A stretch of DNA of 64,000 bases, from contig PACX01000022.1 in NCBI GenBank assembly GCA_002702895.1, positions 22,188 through 86,187 of the forward strand, read 5' to 3'. This DNA is from Flavobacteriaceae bacterium. Lineage in GTDB: Bacteria > Bacteroidota > Bacteroidia > Flavobacteriales > Flavobacteriaceae. Under the pieces are notes generated by a model. That model was not told the origin of the DNA and did no database searches. It saw nothing but the letters and a program-made list of their open reading frames with translations. Made by a program: the position numbers and the translations under genes. The stretch's first letter is position 1. Every line of letters starts with the position of its first letter. Positions 29,280 to 39,316 of this stretch are shown here, one piece after another.

Positions 29280-30727
29280 TATAATTTTTTTCTCAACCTT
29301 GCTACAGGGAATCCCGTCATTTCTCTGTATTTTGCTACTGTTCTTCTTGCAATAGGATAGCCTTTTTCATTTATTATTTTAGTAAGTTGATCATCTGTTA
29401 AAGGTTTAGCTTTATCCTCTTTTTCAATAATTTCTTTTAACTCTTTTTTTATTTCTATTGTTGAAACTTCTATTCCTTGATCATTTTTGATACCTTCAGA
29501 AAAAAAAGATTTTATTAATTTTATCCCATATGGGGAGTCTACGTATTTACTATTTGCAACTCTTGAAATAGTAGAAATATCCATTCCAATCTTCTCGGCA
29601 ATATCTTTTAAAATCATAGGCTTTAAATTACTTTCATCTCCAGATAAAAAGTAATCTTTTTGAAAATCCATTATGGCTTTCATAGTTAGTAGAAGAGTTT
29701 GATTTCTTTGATTAATTGCATCAATAAACCATTTTGCAGCATCCAGTTTTTGTTTTATAAAAACTACAGCTTCTTTCTGTGATTTAGAAACTTGTTTAGA
29801 TTCTTGGTATCCCGATAACATGTTTTTATATTCATTAGAAACATATAAATCGGGAGCATTTCTTGAATTTAAACTTAGATTTAATTTATTGTCAATTATT
29901 TCAATAGTAAAATCTGGAATTATGGTTGAATTTATTTTTGTTGATTCTGAAAAAGCTGATCCTGGTTTAGGGTTTAATTTTTCAATTTCTTTAATTGCAT
30001 TTTTTAATTCATCTTCGGAAATACTAAGTTTTAGAATTATTTTTTTATAATGTTTCTTTGTAAACATATCAAAATTATCTTCAATAATTTTAATTGCATT
30101 ATTAATATTAGATGAAGAACTTTTTCTCTTTAACTGTATAGACAAGCATTCTTTTAGGTTTTGAGCTCCAACTCCTGGAGGATCTAATAAATGGATTGTT
30201 TTAAGTATCTTTTTAACGGAATCAATATCAGTATAAATACCCATTGTAAAAGCTAAATCATCAATAAGATCTAATAAATCTCCTCTTAAGTATCCAGTTT
30301 GATCAATACTACCAACTAAAAAATTTGCTATTTCAGCTTCTGTTTTTTCAAATGAAAAAGTTTGAAGCTGATTTTTTAGAAATTGATTAAAACTAATACC
30401 AGAAATAAAAGGCATGTTTTTTTCATCATCATCGTTACTATGGTTATTGGATTTTAATTTATAATCAGGCACATCATCATCACTTAGATAATCATCAACA
30501 TTAATTTCATCATCATTTGAATTTTCCTCATTATCATTAAAATCGCTAGATTCATCAAATGAATTCTCTTCAATTTCTTTACCTGCTTCTAAAGCAGGAT
30601 TTTCCTCAATTTCTCTAGCTAAACGTTGTTCAAGTTCTTGCAAAGGCAATTGGATTAATTTCATCAATTGGATTTGTTGAGGAGATAATCTTTGAGATAA
30701 TTTTAATTGTAAACGTTGATTAAGCAT
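29279..30727 (-). CDS. rpoN: RNA polymerase sigma-54 factor
   Basis: 482 aa. Gln/Leu-rich region I (LKLSQRLSPQQIQLMKLIQLP), an acidic region II and the C-terminal RpoN box ARRTVAKYR. Confidence 0.93.
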   Translation of the reverse strand: MLNQRLQLKLSQRLSPQQIQLMKLIQLPLQELEQRLAREIEENPALEAGKEIEENSFDESSDFNDNEENSNDDEINVDDYLSDDDVPDYKLKSNNHSNDDDEKNMPFISGISFNQFLKNQLQTFSFEKTEAEIANFLVGSIDQTGYLRGDLLDLIDDLAFTMGIYTDIDSVKKILKTIHLLDPPGVGAQNLKECLSIQLKRKSSSSNINNAIKIIEDNFDMFTKKHYKKIILKLSISEDELKNAIKEIEKLNPKPGSAFSESTKINSTIIPDFTIEIIDNKLNLSLNSRNAPDLYVSNEYKNMLSGYQESKQVSKSQKEAVVFIKQKLDAAKWFIDAINQRNQTLLLTMKAIMDFQKDYFLSGDESNLKPMILKDIAEKIGMDISTISRVANSKYVDSPYGIKLIKSFFSEGIKNDQGIEVSTIEIKKELKEIIEKEDKAKPLTDDQLTKIINEKGYPIARRTVAKYREMTGFPVARLRKKL

Positions 30728-30779
30728 TGAAATTTAATTCAAATAAAAATACGAAAACGCATTGAAAGCTATATATAAT

Positions 30780-32213
30780 TTAAAATTCAGCACTTTTAGG
30801 TGTTCTTGGAAATGGAATCACATCTCTTATGTTTGACATTCCTGTAGCAAATAGGATTAACCTTTCTAAACCAAGACCAAACCCGCTGTGTTTTACGGTC
30901 CCATACTTTCTTAAATCAAGATACCACCACAATTCTTTTTCTTCAATTTTTAATTCTTTTATACGGGTTTTTAAAATATTAAGCCTTTCTTCTCTTTGAG
31001 AACCTCCAACTATTTCTCCAATACCTGGAAATAAAATATCCATTGCTTTAACGGTTTTTCCATCTTCATTCATTCTCATGTAAAAAGCTTTAATTTTTGC
31101 TGGGTAATCATAAATTATTACGGGTCTTTTAAAGTGTTTTTCAACTAAAAAACGTTCATGTTCACTTTGCAGATCAACTCCCCAATCTAAAATTGGAAAC
31201 TTGAATTTTTTCTTTTTATTAGGTTTAGAATTTTTTAAAATATCAAATGCTTCAGTATATGTAATTTTTTTAAAATCATTGTTAATAACAAAATTTAGCC
31301 TTTCTAATAAGGTTAATTCGTTTCTTTTATTTATTGGCTTGGTTTTATCTTCATCTAAAAGTCTGTTGTTTAAATATTCTAAATCTTCTTTACACTCTTT
31401 TACAAGGTCTTTTATAACGTATTTAATAAATTCTTCCGCTAGTTCCATGTTATCTTCCAAATCGTAAAAAGCCATTTCTGGTTCAATCATCCAAAATTCA
31501 GCTAAATGTCTAGAAGTATTAGAATTTTCAGCTCTGAAAGTTGGGCCGAATGTATAAACTTTGCCAAGCCCCATAGCTAAACTTTCTGCTTCAAGTTGAC
31601 CGGAAACAGTTAAATTAGTTTCCTTTCCAAAAAAATCTTGATCATAATCAATTTCACTTTCTTTATTTAATGAGGATTTATTCAACTCTAATGTTGTAAC
31701 TTTAAACATTTCGCCAGCACCTTCTGCATCACTTCCTGTAATTATGGGAGTATTAACATAGAAAAATCCATTTTCTTTAAAATACTTATGTATGGCAAAT
31801 GATAGGTTTGATCGAACTCTCATTATAGAACTAAAAGTATTGGTTCGTACTCTTAAATGAGCATTCTCTCTCAAAAATTCTAATGAATGTTTTTTAGGCT
31901 GAATAGGATAGGAGTTCATGTCACACTCACCCAAAACAATAATTTTATTTACTTTAATTTCTGATTTTTGTCCTTTTCCTTGACTTTCTACAAGAATTCC
32001 TTCAATTTCCACAGATGCTCCTGTTGTTATTTTTGAAAGTATTTTAGAATCTGTATTTTCAAAATCAACGACACATTGAATGCTCTCGGAACATGACCCA
32101 TCATTTAAGGATAAAAATCTATTTGCTCTGAATGTTTTTACCCATCCTTCAATTAATACTTTTTGGAAACTGGGATTTTCCTTTAGTAAGCTTTTTACAG
32201 TTATATTATTCAT
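30780..32213 (-). CDS. asnS: Asparagine--tRNA ligase
   Basis: 477 aa class IIb aaRS (FRAENSNTSRHLAEFWMIEPE, GGSQREER, GFGLGLERL). Confidence 0.95.
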   Translation of the reverse strand: MNNITVKSLLKENPSFQKVLIEGWVKTFRANRFLSLNDGSCSESIQCVVDFENTDSKILSKITTGASVEIEGILVESQGKGQKSEIKVNKIIVLGECDMNSYPIQPKKHSLEFLRENAHLRVRTNTFSSIMRVRSNLSFAIHKYFKENGFFYVNTPIITGSDAEGAGEMFKVTTLELNKSSLNKESEIDYDQDFFGKETNLTVSGQLEAESLAMGLGKVYTFGPTFRAENSNTSRHLAEFWMIEPEMAFYDLEDNMELAEEFIKYVIKDLVKECKEDLEYLNNRLLDEDKTKPINKRNELTLLERLNFVINNDFKKITYTEAFDILKNSKPNKKKKFKFPILDWGVDLQSEHERFLVEKHFKRPVIIYDYPAKIKAFYMRMNEDGKTVKAMDILFPGIGEIVGGSQREERLNILKTRIKELKIEEKELWWYLDLRKYGTVKHSGFGLGLERLILFATGMSNIRDVIPFPRTPKSAEF

Positions 32214-32231
32214 TTATAATGCTATTAAAAA

Positions 32232-32783
32232 TTAAACAGAAAGAATTTCCTTTTCTTTAATAGAATATATTTTATCAATTTGTATAATATATTTATCAGT
32301 TAAAGTTTGAATTTCATGTTCAGATAAGGATTTTTGATCTAAAGAAACCTCACATTTTTTTATATCGTTGTTAGCTTCTTTTCTCGAGTTCCTTACGCTA
32401 ATTTTTGCTTTTTCAATTTCAGATTTTGCAATTTTTACTAATTCTTTTCTCCTCTCTTCAGTGAGAGGTGGAATCGTAATAATAACGGATTCGCCATTAT
32501 TCATAGGGTTAAATCCTAAATTAGCAACCATTATTGCTTTTTCAATTTCTTGTAATTTATCTTTTTCCCAAGGCTGAATTGATATTGTTTGTGCATCAGG
32601 AGTATTAATATTAGCAACCTGAGACAATGGAGTTAGAGATCCATAATAATCTAATTTAACACTAGATAGCATTGAAGGATTGGCTTTGCCAGCTCTAATA
32701 TTTAACAATTCTTTTTCTAGGTGATTAATAGAATTCCCCATAGATTCCTTACACGCTTCAATAATAAATTCAATTTCTTCCAA
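32232..32783 (-). CDS. frr: Ribosome recycling factor
   Basis: 183 aa with typical RRF sequence (LLNIRAGKANPSML, PPLTEERRKELVK). Confidence 0.95.
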   Translation of the reverse strand: MEEIEFIIEACKESMGNSINHLEKELLNIRAGKANPSMLSSVKLDYYGSLTPLSQVANINTPDAQTISIQPWEKDKLQEIEKAIMVANLGFNPMNNGESVIITIPPLTEERRKELVKIAKSEIEKAKISVRNSRKEANNDIKKCEVSLDQKSLSEHEIQTLTDKYIIQIDKIYSIKEKEILSV

Positions 32784-32788
32784 GATTT

Positions 32789-33496
32789 TTAATTAACAGT
32801 TGTCCCTATTTTATCGCCCTTTACTAGTTTTAAAAGATTGCCAGGCTTGTTCATATTAAAAACAATAATTGGCAAGTTATTTTCTTGACTTAAAGTAAAA
32901 GCTGTTGAATCCATTATTTTCAAATTTTTATCAAGAACATTTTCAAATGATATAGAATCAAATTTAATTGCATTTTTGTTTTTTTCTGGATCAGAGTCGT
33001 AAATGCCATCAACTCTAGTTCCTTTTAAAATTACATCTGCATTAATTTCTATAGCTCTTAAAACTGCAGCAGAATCAGTTGTGAAAAAAGGATTACCTGT
33101 TCCTCCTCCAAAAATTACAACTCGTTTTTTTTCAAGATGTCTAACAGCTTTTCTTTTGATATAAGGTTCAGCGACAGCTTCAATTTTAATTGCTGTTTGT
33201 AACCTTGTTTGAACTTCAAACTCTTCTAAAGCACTTTGTAGTGCTAGTCCGTTAATTACGGTTGCAAGCATTCCCATATAATCAGCTTGTACTCTATCCA
33301 TTCCATTGCTAGCTGCAGAAACACCTCTAAAAATATTTCCACCACCTATTACAACAGCTACTTCAAGCCCCTCTTTTATCACAGATTTTATTTCTCTTGC
33401 ATATTGAGAAATTCTTACAGGATCAATTCCATATTGTCTCTCTCCAAGTAATGCTTCTCCACTAAGTTTTAATAAAATTCTATTATAAGACATCAT
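32789..33496 (-). CDS. pyrH: UMP kinase
   Basis: 235 aa ([33 protein letters not shown]). Confidence 0.95.
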   Translation of the reverse strand: MMSYNRILLKLSGEALLGERQYGIDPVRISQYAREIKSVIKEGLEVAVVIGGGNIFRGVSAASNGMDRVQADYMGMLATVINGLALQSALEEFEVQTRLQTAIKIEAVAEPYIKRKAVRHLEKKRVVIFGGGTGNPFFTTDSAAVLRAIEINADVILKGTRVDGIYDSDPEKNKNAIKFDSISFENVLDKNLKIMDSTAFTLSQENNLPIIVFNMNKPGNLLKLVKGDKIGTTVN

Positions 33497-33570
33497 TGAT
33501 TATTTAAAGTAAAGATAATCAATGATTTTAGAATTTTTAAAAAAAAGAAATTTATGGTTAAAGCAATATT

Positions 33571-34395
33571 TTAAACTAAAGCAACTCTTTTAAAACCAGT
33601 AATTTTTAAATCAGGACTACAAGATTTAACATAAACAGCAACACTTTGTTTACTGTCTTTTATGAAATCCTGATTAATTAAAGTGTTGTCTTTAAAAAAT
33701 CTTTTAAGTTTTCCCTTGGCTATATTATCAAGCATAGCTTCTGGCTTACCCTCTTGTCTAAGTTGATCTTTGGCAATTTCTATTTCTTTGTCAATAGTGC
33801 TTTGGTTTACTCCACTTTCATCAAGAGCAATAGGATTCATAGCAGCAGCTTGCATAGCTACATTTTTTGCAATATCTTCAATTCCATCTGTTAAACTAGA
33901 AAATCCTGAAAGTGTAGCAATTTTATTTCCTGCGTGAATATACTTTCCAACATAATTAGCAGATAATTTTTCAAAACTTCCAATAACTAATTTCTCACCA
34001 ATAACACCTGTCTGTTGAATGAGTTTTTCATTTACTGTCATAGAATCAATTTCGCAGTTAAGAAATTCTTCTAATGAATTATTTTTTAAAGCTATTTCAG
34101 CCAATTCATTTGCTAATGAAACAAAACTTTCATTTTTAGCTACAAAATCTGTTTCGCAGTTTAAAGAAATAATAACTCCGTTCAAACAGTTTTGGTCAAC
34201 TTTAGCAATAACAGCACCCTCAGAGGAATCTCTTTCTGCTCTTTTTGCAGCAACTTTTTGGCCTTTTTTTCTTAAAATTTCGATAGCAAGATCAAAGTTT
34301 CCATTAGATTCTACCAATGCATTTTTACAATCCATAATTCCAGCACCAGACATTTTTCTTAACTTATTAACTTCAGAAGCAGTTATTTTTCCCAT
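33571..34395 (-). CDS. tsf: Translation elongation factor Ts
   Basis: 274 aa with an N-terminal UBA-like motif (LRKMSGAGIMDCKNAL). Downstream of rpsB. Confidence 0.93.
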   Translation of the reverse strand: MGKITASEVNKLRKMSGAGIMDCKNALVESNGNFDLAIEILRKKGQKVAAKRAERDSSEGAVIAKVDQNCLNGVIISLNCETDFVAKNESFVSLANELAEIALKNNSLEEFLNCEIDSMTVNEKLIQQTGVIGEKLVIGSFEKLSANYVGKYIHAGNKIATLSGFSSLTDGIEDIAKNVAMQAAAMNPIALDESGVNQSTIDKEIEIAKDQLRQEGKPEAMLDNIAKGKLKRFFKDNTLINQDFIKDSKQSVAVYVKSCSPDLKITGFKRVALV

Positions 34396-34398
34396 CCT

Positions 34399-35283
34399 TT
34401 ATTTTTCTTTTTTAGTTGTTATTTTTTTTCTGATTCTTTTCTTTTTTTCATCAGATTTTATTTCCTCTTCTTTACCATTATTACTAGTGCTTATGCTATT
34501 AGTATCTGAACTTTCTTTATTTTCTTTATCTTCTTTTTCCTGTTTTTCCTGTTTTTCCTTTTTTTCTTCAATTATTTTATTCATTTCCTTTTCTTTTTGT
34601 CTTTCAGATAAACCTTCCTTAATTCCTTCAGTAATATGGCTAAGAATTAAATTTATTGATTTAGAAGCATCATCATTTGAAGGTATAGCATAATCTACTT
34701 CTCTAGGATCACAATTAGTATCAACCATAGCAAAAATTGGGATATTTAATTTTTGAGCTTCTCTTATTGCAATATGTTCTCTTCTAATATCAACTACAAA
34801 CAGTGCACCTGGAAGACGAGTCATGTCATTAATAGAACCTAAGTTTTTTTCTAATTTTGATCTTAGCCTATCAATTTGAAGCTTTTCTTTTTTAGAAAGG
34901 GATTCAAATGTACCATCTTGTTTAGTTCTATCAATAGCTGACATTTTTTTAACAGCTTTTCTGATAGTAACAAAATTTGTTAACATTCCTCCTGGCCATC
35001 TTTCAGTTATATATGGCATCTTTACCTCTTTGGCTGCATTAGAGACTATTTCTTTTGCTTGTTTTTTAGTAGCTACAAAAAGAATTTTTCTTCCAGATGA
35101 AGCAATCTTGTTTAAAGCTTCAGAACATTCTTCAAGCTTAGATGAAGTTTTGTAAAGGTTGATAATGTGAATTCCATTTTTCTCCATAAAAATATAAGGA
35201 GCCATATGAGGATTCCACTTTCTAGTAAGATGTCCGAAATGAACACCGGCCTCCAATAGAGGCTTAATTTCAATTTTTGTCAT
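34399..35283 (-). CDS. rpsB: 30S ribosomal protein S2 with a ~65-aa Lys/Glu-rich C-terminal tail
   Basis: Conserved S2 core (LLEAGVHFGH, ERWPGGMLTNF, DTNCDP). The tail reads EKKEKQEKQEKEDKENKE...KKKRIRKKITTKKEK. Confidence 0.95.
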   Translation of the reverse strand: MTKIEIKPLLEAGVHFGHLTRKWNPHMAPYIFMEKNGIHIINLYKTSSKLEECSEALNKIASSGRKILFVATKKQAKEIVSNAAKEVKMPYITERWPGGMLTNFVTIRKAVKKMSAIDRTKQDGTFESLSKKEKLQIDRLRSKLEKNLGSINDMTRLPGALFVVDIRREHIAIREAQKLNIPIFAMVDTNCDPREVDYAIPSNDDASKSINLILSHITEGIKEGLSERQKEKEMNKIIEEKKEKQEKQEKEDKENKESSDTNSISTSNNGKEEEIKSDEKKKRIRKKITTKKEK

Positions 35284-35433
35284 TTTTTTTAGTTTACGTT
35301 CCGTATGATTAGCAATAAACAGGGGTTTTATAAAAACGTATTTATTTAGATGCTAAACTAATTTTCGCATAGCGAAATACGACAACAGGTTTTCAATATT
35401 TATATGAACTTAATCCCTTCAAGAAAAGTATAA

Positions 35434-35820
35434 TTATCTTTTCGAGAATTGGAATTTTTTTCTTGCTTTCTTTTGACCAAATTTTTTCCTTTCAACCATC
35501 CTTGGGTCACGCGTTAATAATCCTTCTTTTTTTAACAAAGGACGATATTCTTCATTAACCTCACATAGAGCTCTTGAAATAGCTAATCTTATAGATTCAG
35601 CTTGACCATTTACTCCACCACCATATACGTTTACTTTAATATTAAATGTTGATAAATTATCAGTTAATTCGAAAGGTTTTTTTATTTTGGATTGTAAAAT
35701 AGGAGTCGGGAAATATTCCTCTAAACTTTTTCCATTTATTGTATGATTTTGATCTCCCTTTGACATGTACACTCTAGCAACTGAAGTTTTTCTTCTTCCT
35801 ATTTTGTGAATTACTTCCAT
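35434..35820 (-). CDS. rpsI: 30S ribosomal protein S9
   Basis: 128 aa (GRRKTSVARV, GGGVNGQAESIRLAISRAL, C-terminal KKARKKFQFSKR). Confidence 0.95.
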   Translation of the reverse strand: MEVIHKIGRRKTSVARVYMSKGDQNHTINGKSLEEYFPTPILQSKIKKPFELTDNLSTFNIKVNVYGGGVNGQAESIRLAISRALCEVNEEYRPLLKKEGLLTRDPRMVERKKFGQKKARKKFQFSKR

Positions 35821-35823
35821 ATA

Positions 35824-36279
35824 TTATTTTAATTCGTTTAAATTAATCGCAATTGGATTTTGACCTTCTTGTTTATGATTTTCACCAACATAAACTTTCA
35901 AGTTTCTAAAAATTTGTGCTCCTAACTTATTTTTTGGCAACATCCCTTTTATAGATTTTTCAATCAATCTTGCAGGGTCTTTTGCAAATAATTCCTTAGC
36001 AGTTAAAGATTTCTGACCACCGGGATATCCAGTATATCTTATGTATTGCTTACTGTCCCATTTATTACCTGATAAATTTATTTTTTCTGCATTTATTACT
36101 ACAACGTTGTCACCACAATCAACATGAGGAGTAAAACTAGGTTTATATTTTCCCCTAAGAATTTTAGCAATCTTTGAAGAAGCTCTTCCTAAAGTTTGTT
36201 CAGAAACATCAACCAAAACCCATTTTTTTTCAACAGTGTTCTTATTCGCCGATATTGTTTTGTAATTTAGTGAATCCAA
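35824..36279 (-). CDS. rplM: 50S ribosomal protein L13
   Basis: 151 aa (KKWVLVDV..QTLGRASSKIAKILRGK, YTGYPGG). Confidence 0.95.
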   Translation of the reverse strand: MDSLNYKTISANKNTVEKKWVLVDVSEQTLGRASSKIAKILRGKYKPSFTPHVDCGDNVVVINAEKINLSGNKWDSKQYIRYTGYPGGQKSLTAKELFAKDPARLIEKSIKGMLPKNKLGAQIFRNLKVYVGENHKQEGQNPIAINLNELK

Positions 36280-36320
36280 AATATTGTTGTATCTAATTTT
36301 TTTCCTCTTTTATTGGCCTG

Positions 36321-36350
36321 CAAATCTACAATAATAAATGAAATCTACAA
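36321..36350 (-). promoter_or_regulatory. Putative rplM-rpsI(-rpsB-tsf) promoter
   Basis: On the minus strand there is a TTG (36350-36348), 19 nt of spacer, then TAGATTTG (36328-36321). This matches the Bacteroidota -33 TTG / -7 TAnnTTTG architecture ~40 nt upstream of the rplM ATG. Confidence 0.4.
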
Positions 36351-36370
36351 ATGAAGAATTAATAAAAAAA

Positions 36371-39103
36371 TCAATGAGCCTCATACCAATTATTTCCTGT
36401 CCCAATTTCTGTAACCAAAGGAACATTTAAAGTATATGCAGATTCCATTTCTTCTTTAATCAATTTTTTCATTTCATTTAATTCTGGTTTAAAAATTTCA
36501 AAAATTAATTCATCATGAACTTGAACTAACATCTTTGATTTAAAATTATTAGTTGTTATTTTTTTAGAAATCTTAATCATTGCTAGTTTTATAATATCTG
36601 CTGCGCTACCTTGAATTGGTGCATTTATAGCATTTCTTTCGGCACCTCCTCTAACAAAATGATTTCTTGAATTAATATCCATTAAATATCTTTTCCTGCC
36701 TAAAATTGTTTCTACATATCCATTTTCTCTTGCGAAATTTATTTGACTCGAAATATATTTTTTTAAATTAGGATAGGCTGTAAAGTAGGATTCAATTAAA
36801 GATTTGGATTCAGATCGAGTTAAATTAGTTTGGTTACTTAGACCAAAAGCAGAAACTCCATAAATTATTCCAAAATTTACAGTTTTAGCATTACTTCTTT
36901 GATCTCTTGAAACCTTATTTATATTAACATTAAATATTTTTGCAGCAGTTGAAGAGTGGATGTCTTCATTATTATTAAAGGCAGAGATCATATTCGAATC
37001 ATTACTTAGTGAAGCAATAACTCTTAACTCAATTTGGGAGTAATCTGCGGAAAGCATTATATAATCATTATTTTCACATATAAATGCCTTTCTTATTTCT
37101 CTTCCTTTTTTTGTTCTAATTGGAATGTTCTGAAGGTTAGGCTTATTGCTACTTAACCTTCCAGTTGATGCTACGGCTTGGTTAAAAATAGTATGAACTC
37201 TTAAACTATTCTTATTTAATTGTTTTGGAAGAGCATCAACATAGGTGCTTATTAATTTTTGTAATGATCTCCAGTTTAAAATTTCTTCAACTATTTCATG
37301 GTCTTTTGCCATTGCTGAAAGGACTTCTTCAGAGGTAGAATATTGTCCTGTTTTAGTTTTTTTTGGTTTTTCTATTATTTTGAGTTTTTCAAATAAAACT
37401 TCTCCCAATTGTTTTGGCGATGCAAGATTAAAATTTTCTTTGGATTGTTTAAAAATATTTTTTTCGATTTCTATAAGTTCTTTATTATATTTTATAGATA
37501 ATCTTTTTAAAAAATTCAAGTCTATTTTGATTCCACATGATTCCATGGATGCCAAAACATTTAATAATGGCATTTCTAAATTTTCAAATATGTCAATTAA
37601 TTTGGCTTTTTCTAAATCCTTAATCAATAAATCTATTAATTGAAAATTTAATTCACTTTTCTCCATTGAATAAATAGAAGGTTTTTCTAATTTAGTTTCC
37701 TTTGAAAAGGATGTCTTAAAATTTAAATACGATTCACAAATTATCTCAAAATCATGTCCTATATCAGGGTTAATTAAATAATGGGCAATTTTTGTATCAA
37801 AACATTTACAATTTATGATTATACCAATTTGATTGAAATATTTCAAAGTTTCTTTAATGTCATAGCCTATTAATGTAATATCCTTTTTTTCAAAGACTAT
37901 CTTTAAAAAATTAATTAAATCAGAATTTTTATCTAATTCTAAGTGATAACTTTTTTTTCTGGCCCAAGAAAATGAAATTCCAAAAATATTATTGTTAATA
38001 ATAGATTTTTTAAGATCAATACCTAACTTTTTTTGTTTTGAAATTTTTTTAAATAATAGCTTTGCGCCAAGAGTGGTATTAATTTTTTGATAAAAGTGTT
38101 TGTCTTTTTCAGAATTTGTTAAATTTCTAATATTAATATCGGGAGATATCCCTGGGCTATTGAATAAATCATACTGAACTTCTTTTTGAGAATCTGGCAA
38201 CCTAGTTAAATCCTCTTTATTCGAAAAAATTTTCATAAAATTTTCTGTCATTCTTTTAAACTCAAGATCAGAAAATATATCTTTAACTTTTTTTATGTCA
38301 GGACCTTTCAATTTAAATTTTTCAAGATCATATTTAATAGGAACATCTAAAATTATTGTAGCAAGTTTTTTAGAAAGAAGCCCTTTCTCTTTGTTTAATT
38401 CAATCTTTTCTTTTAGTTTTCCCTTTATTTTATCTGTGTTAGCTAAAAGGTTTTCCATTGAACCATATTCAGCAAGAAATTTTTTCGCAGTTTTCTCTCC
38501 AACTCCGGGTAATCCAGGAATATTGTCTACAGAATCTCCCATCATTCCTAAAAAATCAATTACTTGTAATGGATGTGATATTTCAAATTTTTTCTTTACT
38601 TCTTCAACTCCCCAAATTTCTATTCCATTACCCATTCTAGCTGGTCGATACATGAATATATTTTTTGACACTAATTGAGCAAAATCTTTATCTGGGGTTA
38701 CCATAAAAACCTCATAATTATATTTTTCAGCATTTTTTGCAACAGTTCCTATTATGTCATCGGCCTCATACCCTCTTTTTACTAAAATAGGTATTTGCAT
38801 AGCCTTCAAAATATTTTCAATATATGGAACAGCAATTTGAATTGCATCAGGCGTTTCACTTCTGTTTGCCTTATATTCTTTAAAGATTTTTAATCTGTCA
38901 CTCGAGCCACCTTTATCAAATGCTACTGCTAAGTAATCAGGCGATTCTCTTTTAATTAGATCCAAGAGGGAATTCATAAAACCCATTATAGCACTTGTAT
39001 CCATACCTTTGGAATTAATCCTAGGGTTTTTAATAAATGCATAATATCCTCGGAAAATAAGAGCATAAGCATCAATTAAAAATAATTTCTTTTTAGATGA
39101 CAT
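36371..39103 (-). CDS. polA: DNA polymerase I
   Basis: 910 aa. 5'-nuclease domain (LIDAYALIFR, GDSVDNIPGLPGVGEKTA) and polymerase motifs A (DYSQIELRV), B (RSNAKTVNFGIIYG) and C (QVHDEL). Confidence 0.96.
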   Translation of the reverse strand: MSSKKKLFLIDAYALIFRGYYAFIKNPRINSKGMDTSAIMGFMNSLLDLIKRESPDYLAVAFDKGGSSDRLKIFKEYKANRSETPDAIQIAVPYIENILKAMQIPILVKRGYEADDIIGTVAKNAEKYNYEVFMVTPDKDFAQLVSKNIFMYRPARMGNGIEIWGVEEVKKKFEISHPLQVIDFLGMMGDSVDNIPGLPGVGEKTAKKFLAEYGSMENLLANTDKIKGKLKEKIELNKEKGLLSKKLATIILDVPIKYDLEKFKLKGPDIKKVKDIFSDLEFKRMTENFMKIFSNKEDLTRLPDSQKEVQYDLFNSPGISPDINIRNLTNSEKDKHFYQKINTTLGAKLLFKKISKQKKLGIDLKKSIINNNIFGISFSWARKKSYHLELDKNSDLINFLKIVFEKKDITLIGYDIKETLKYFNQIGIIINCKCFDTKIAHYLINPDIGHDFEIICESYLNFKTSFSKETKLEKPSIYSMEKSELNFQLIDLLIKDLEKAKLIDIFENLEMPLLNVLASMESCGIKIDLNFLKRLSIKYNKELIEIEKNIFKQSKENFNLASPKQLGEVLFEKLKIIEKPKKTKTGQYSTSEEVLSAMAKDHEIVEEILNWRSLQKLISTYVDALPKQLNKNSLRVHTIFNQAVASTGRLSSNKPNLQNIPIRTKKGREIRKAFICENNDYIMLSADYSQIELRVIASLSNDSNMISAFNNNEDIHSSTAAKIFNVNINKVSRDQRSNAKTVNFGIIYGVSAFGLSNQTNLTRSESKSLIESYFTAYPNLKKYISSQINFARENGYVETILGRKRYLMDINSRNHFVRGGAERNAINAPIQGSAADIIKLAMIKISKKITTNNFKSKMLVQVHDELIFEIFKPELNEMKKLIKEEMESAYTLNVPLVTEIGTGNNWYEAH

Positions 39104-39316
39104 TTTATAATTATCAATAGGTTTCTAAATTTAAAAAATATACACATGAGATAGCTTGTTTTTTTTAAAAAATCAATATTAAAAACAAAATTACAGAACT
39201 AATGCTTTTGGTATTTAATGAAGTATCAACAAGTTAAGTATCAATTTATGTAATTAGATCAAAAATGTCTAATTTTTTAAAAAATGTTACTTTTGTATTA
39301 AAATTAATCTAGATTT

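Noticed and set aside
34019-34693. 224-aa plus-strand ORF spanning the tsf/rpsB junction. Similar antisense ORFs occur at 818-1174, 5820-6098, 17517-17774, 27606-27977, 37245-37643, 38295-38678, 42338-42712, 43455-43862 and 46931-47218.
   Set aside because: Each lies entirely inside, and antisense to, a strongly conserved gene. The translations are low-complexity S/F/L/I-rich strings, as expected from the reverse frames of AT-rich, Lys/Glu/Asn-rich coding DNA. None carries a recognisable motif.
39215-39250. Direct repeat AGTATCAA-N8-AGTATCAA in the polA/trx divergent intergenic region, considered as a regulator site.
   Set aside because: It is a single 8-mer pair in AT-rich DNA with no palindromic symmetry and no second occurrence noticed. 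That is not enough evidence.
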